Shown here piece after piece: positions 52,223 through 55,430 of a DNA stretch of 55,430 nucleotides. Position numbers and translations under genes: made by a program. Numbering within the stretch: the stretch's first letter is position 1; each line of letters opens with the position of its first letter. The notes below the pieces were generated by a model. The model was not told the DNA's origin. It searched no databases and was given only the letters and a program-made list of their open reading frames with translations. The DNA comes from Alphaproteobacteria bacterium (GTDB lineage Bacteria; Pseudomonadota; Alphaproteobacteria; Rs-D84). The stretch lies in assembly GCA_009783855.1 (NCBI GenBank), contig WRCO01000003.1, forward strand, positions 1 through 55,430, read 5' to 3'.

Positions 52223-52345
52223 CTTCGCGTCTGCGACGCTTCGTGTGGCTTCGCCGCACGAAATGCGGAGTGGCAGAGTCCAACGAAGCCTTGGCGAAGT
52301 TGGATGAGAGGCGAAGTAGTGCCCGCCGAAGCCCAAAGGGCGAAG
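52223..52345. repeat. REP-like cluster downstream of tRNA-Gly
   Basis: CTTCGCGTCTGCGACGCTTCG, CCAACGAAGCCTTGGCGAAGTTGG and GCCCGCCGAAGCC...GGCGAAGGCCGGGC. Confidence 0.7.
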
Positions 52346-52460
52346 GCCGGGCCGATACAAGGGAACACAAATGCTTATGGTATCAAAAAAATTCAAATAG
52401 AACGCGCCACGAAAATTTCGCGGGCGCTTTTGGCGTCCGTTTTTTAATAAAGGAAATGAA

Positions 52461-52697
52461 ATGACAGTAAAAACACCCGAACTTGTAATGTGCGGATATC
52501 ACGGCTGCCACGTGGTCCCGCCGGCCGAAGGCTGTAAATGCACGGGCTGCACTTCATACACCGCGCGTTGCGAAAACTGTGCAGAGCCGAGAAAACGCGC
52601 GGACAAACAATTCGCAAACGACGATTTTCATTTTGAAATCCGCAAGTGCCAGGAATGTAAAAAACGCGCGGCCGACATGATGAACACGGGACGTTGA
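52461..52697 (+). CDS. Small Cys-rich hypothetical protein
   Basis: ATG after AAGGA; ten Cys including CxxC pairs. Confidence 0.6.
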   Translation: MTVKTPELVMCGYHGCHVVPPAEGCKCTGCTSYTARCENCAEPRKRADKQFANDDFHFEIRKCQECKKRAADMMNTGR

Positions 52698-52725
52698 ATT
52701 AAAAATAATGCAAAGGAGTATTAAA

Positions 52726-54195
52726 ATGCCAGAACAGACAACCGCCATATCGACGAACGAATTAGAGGCACGGCTGCAAAAAATGGAAAATATTCGCGCG
52801 CGCGATGGTGTCGTATGGAAAGACAAATACGAACGCACATCCACAATCGCTGAAGCGCGCGGATTGAAAGACGGAACCGCTGTGCGTTTGCCGGGTCGCG
52901 TTATCGCGCTTCGCTGGTTGGGTAAGCTTATGTTCGGCCGCATTTACGACATGGACGGCGAAATCCAATTCTCACTGTCGCTTGCCGACATCGGCGAAGA
53001 ACAGTTCAAGTTCTTGAAAACCAACTTGGACATGGGTGATTTTATCGGTGTTGCGGGCGAACTGTATACCACAAGCGCGGGCGAATTGACCGTCAAGGGC
53101 ACGGAAGTCATCGTATTGGCAAAGGCTTTGCGTCCGCTGCCGGAAAAATATCACGGCCTTACCGATACTGAAACAAGATATCGCCAGCGTTACCTGGATA
53201 TCATCGCCAATAAAGATTCGCGCGATGCTTTGATTGGTCGATTTCGCATGACCAAAAATTTACGCGATTTTATGACCGGCCACAACTTTTTGGAGATCGA
53301 AACGCCAATATTGCAAAGCGTCGCATCCGGCGCGGCGGCAAAGCCGTTCACGACGCACCACGATGCTTTGGATACGGATTTCCAGTTGCGCATTTCACCG
53401 GAATTGCCGTTGAAGCTTGCCATCGCCGCCGGATTTGACCGCGTGTTTGAAATCGCAAAAGATTTCAGAAACGAAGGGATGAGCCCGATGCACCTTCAAG
53501 AATTCACGATGATTGAATGGTACGCCGCGTATTGGGATTTTCGCGACAATATGAAATTCACGTGGGAATTGATACAGCATTTGATACGCGAATCCCGTGG
53601 AACGTTACAGATTGAATACCAAGGAACAATGATGGATTTCAGCAAGCACGACATGCTTGATTATACCGCAAAGATGAACGAGCTGTTCGGGTGCAACGTG
53701 TTGGAATTCGACTGTGCGGATGCGCTTCGCGCGCAATTAATAAAGGACAAAATGTTCACCGCAGACGAATTGGAACCGTATGTATCGGTGCCGACACTGG
53801 TCGATTTTGTTTACAAACGGAAAATTCGCCCGAATATAATCCAGCCGACGTTCCTGTACAACTATCCGGCGTACATGGTGCCGCTTGCGCGCAGGAATGA
53901 TGAAGACGAACGGCGCATCGATATGTTTCAACTGCTGGTAGATGGCGCGGAGCTTTGCAAGGGTTATTCGGAACTTGTGAATCCGATACAACAGATGGAA
54001 GCATTCGAAGAACAGGCGCGAAACATGTCCGCAGGTGATGAAGAAGCGTTCCGTCCGGATACGGATTTTGTAAAAGCGATGGAGCACGGCATGCCGCCGC
54101 AATCCGGCGTGGGTATCGGCCTTGACAGATTGGCCAGTTTTATATTCGACTTGCCAAGCCTGCGGGATACCGTACTGTTTCCGATGGTGAAATAA
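52726..54195 (+). CDS. lysS: Lysine--tRNA ligase, class II
   Basis: OB-fold, PEKYHGL.D.ETRYRQRYLD, IETP, FRNEG, EFTMIE, GIGLDRL. ATG 52726. Confidence 0.96.
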   Translation: MPEQTTAISTNELEARLQKMENIRARDGVVWKDKYERTSTIAEARGLKDGTAVRLPGRVIALRWLGKLMFGRIYDMDGEIQFSLSLADIGEEQFKFLKTNLDMGDFIGVAGELYTTSAGELTVKGTEVIVLAKALRPLPEKYHGLTDTETRYRQRYLDIIANKDSRDALIGRFRMTKNLRDFMTGHNFLEIETPILQSVASGAAAKPFTTHHDALDTDFQLRISPELPLKLAIAAGFDRVFEIAKDFRNEGMSPMHLQEFTMIEWYAAYWDFRDNMKFTWELIQHLIRESRGTLQIEYQGTMMDFSKHDMLDYTAKMNELFGCNVLEFDCADALRAQLIKDKMFTADELEPYVSVPTLVDFVYKRKIRPNIIQPTFLYNYPAYMVPLARRNDEDERRIDMFQLLVDGAELCKGYSELVNPIQQMEAFEEQARNMSAGDEEAFRPDTDFVKAMEHGMPPQSGVGIGLDRLASFIFDLPSLRDTVLFPMVK

Positions 54196-54223
54196 TGGTG
54201 GCTGGTGGTTGGGGACTCGTAAT

Positions 54224-54294
54224 TAAAGGTTGTCCACTATAGTGGACAACCTTTATTTCATGCGTTAATTAATGATTGTCTAATATATTAGACA
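54224..54294. repeat. Palindrome copies 7 and 8 between convergent lysS and smpB
   Basis: 32-bp perfect palindrome at 54224-54255 and TGTCTAATATATTAGACA at 54277-54294, flanked by heptamer arms. Confidence 0.9.
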
Positions 54295-54318
54295 GCCGTA
54301 CCAGCCACGACCCACAAA

Positions 54319-54789
54319 TCATTTTTTCTTTAACACTCTTCCTTTTTCCCTTTCCCATTCGCGTTTTTTTATCGTCTGGCGTTTGTCGCGCTGTTGCTTT
54401 CCATGTCCGACGCCAAGCAGTACTTTCAACCGCCCGCGGTTGTTGAAATACATTTTAAGCGGCACGATGGTCGCGCCTTTTTCGGCAAGTTTGCCGACAA
54501 GCCGTTTGATTTGCGATTTGTGAAGCAATAATTGGCGATACCGGCGTTCATCGAACCGCACGGCTTTGTTCGCGGTCGGAAGCGCCATGATGGCGACATT
54601 GGACAGAATCAGATTCCCGCCGCGATGCTGAACAAACCCGTCGGATATGTTGACCATGCCGTAACGCAAAGACTTCACTTCGGCGCCCGTCAAACTTACG
54701 CCCGCTTCGATGGAGTCTTCAATAGCATAATTGAACCGCGCTTTGCGGTTTTCCGAAACCTGTCCAGATTTTATAATTTGTCTTGGCAT
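54319..54789 (-). CDS. smpB: SsrA-binding protein
   Basis: ENRKARFNY, EAGVSLTGAEVKSLR, LLLHK, DKRQTIK.REW.RE. Confidence 0.97.
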   Translation of the reverse strand: MPRQIIKSGQVSENRKARFNYAIEDSIEAGVSLTGAEVKSLRYGMVNISDGFVQHRGGNLILSNVAIMALPTANKAVRFDERRYRQLLLHKSQIKRLVGKLAEKGATIVPLKMYFNNRGRLKVLLGVGHGKQQRDKRQTIKKREWEREKGRVLKKK

Positions 54790-54822
54790 AACGGCCGAAT
54801 GTTAACAAGGATTCCGGAAAAA

Positions 54823-55179
54823 TCAAGAAATCTTGTCGGCGATGTCGCGCAAGGCTTCCATCATATAATTAAGGTCCATGTTAAGAACGCTTGGGTCTAT
54901 TGCCGCGGCCGGTTGATACGACACAATGCGCGACGCCGAAAGTTCGCGAAATATGGTAATCGTATCGCCTTTGGCGGGGGCTTCGATAAACGTGACGCTT
55001 CCGCCGCTGTGTCCGAAAGTTGGATTTTCCGGCAATTCGGGAAGCATGATTTCATATTCGGACGCCGGGACGGAGAGGCCGTTTTTATGGACGCGCACAT
55101 CGCCGGCGCGCCATACGTTGAACGCGAAATGGAATTGTTGTATTTCGCCATTCGCAGTGTATGCGATTCTTGTATTCAT
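54823..55179 (-). CDS. Stand-alone protein resembling a phage tail-fibre N-terminal anchor domain
   Basis: YTANG...F.F.F, GGSVTF.EAPAKG..ITIFR, LN.DLNY; there is no fibre body. Confidence 0.6.
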   Translation of the reverse strand: MNTRIAYTANGEIQQFHFAFNVWRAGDVRVHKNGLSVPASEYEIMLPELPENPTFGHSGGSVTFIEAPAKGDTITIFRELSASRIVSYQPAAAIDPSVLNMDLNYMMEALRDIADKIS

Positions 55180-55273
55180 ATTTTTTCCTTTTTATGCATA
55201 AAAAACCGCCCCCGGGACGGGAGCGGCAAGCGACGCCATTATATCACAAAAAGGAAGACAAGTCAAACAATCA

Positions 55274-55299
55274 CAAGGGCAAATAATATTTGCCCCTAC
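55274..55299 (-). repeat. GTAG-type REP hairpin
   Basis: Minus strand GTAGGGGCAAATATTATTTGCCC. Confidence 0.7.
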
Positions 55300-55370
55300 A
55301 TTATTTGGGGGAACTGTTAAGTTATTAGAACAATCTCAGAAACTCCCAATTTTCAGTTTCCGGTTTTGAC

Positions 55371-55430
55371 TGTCTACTATGGCAGACAACCATAAAAACG
55401 GCAGAAAATCAAGTTGTCTAATATATTAGA
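55371..55430. repeat. Palindrome copies 9 and 10 (last one truncated by window end)
   Basis: TGTCTACTATGGCAGACA at 55371-55388 and TGTCTAATATATTAGA at 55415-55430. Confidence 0.8.

Noticed and set aside
54231-54294. NrdR-box or GntR operator identity for the palindrome
   Set aside because: Spacing and flanks do not match, and sites lie between convergent genes with no nrd genes nearby.
54790-55430. tmRNA next to smpB
   Set aside because: No tRNA-like GGGG...CCACCA ends or tag ORF were recognisable.

Overview
Chromosomal window from a host-associated-type alphaproteobacterium. Alpha-like L28, cyclophilin, lptE-holA, tgt and PBP1A are present, and the many orphan secreted proteins suggest an Rs-D84/'Enterousia'-like gut lineage (inference). 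Bases 1-~4600 are an AT-rich island end carrying a Bro-N gene and a Hachiman-like nuclease+helicase pair; the Bro-N gene and the helicase are both broken by in-frame stops. Bases 6018-16286 are a liv-type ABC cluster in which six paralogous binding-protein genes are interleaved with livM/G/H/F. Bases 19359-24765 encode a short autotransporter barrel next to secreted proteins with phage-tail-fibre-like repeats. The rest is housekeeping (birA, glyQS, lgt, leuS-lptE-holA, rpmB, ackA, ligA, PBP1A, tgt, lysS, smpB), three tRNAs and a 6S-like RNA candidate. The most striking unexplained structure is a repeat system. (i) An 18-bp palindrome TGTCYACTATAGTRGACA occurs in 10 copies, five of them just upstream of binding-protein genes. 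(ii) Degenerate period-7 arrays sit at gene junctions, supply stop codons, invade coding sequence and bracket a four-helix-bundle gene as inverted arms. (iii) Two REP-like families are present, with in-frame copies in ligA and livG. Also notable are a candidate attenuator/riboswitch at 43342-43457 and three aminoacyl-tRNA synthetases atypical for Alphaproteobacteria, plus an A73 tRNA-Gly. No CRISPR, rRNA, integrase or transposase was found. All family calls are by motif recognition, not database searches.
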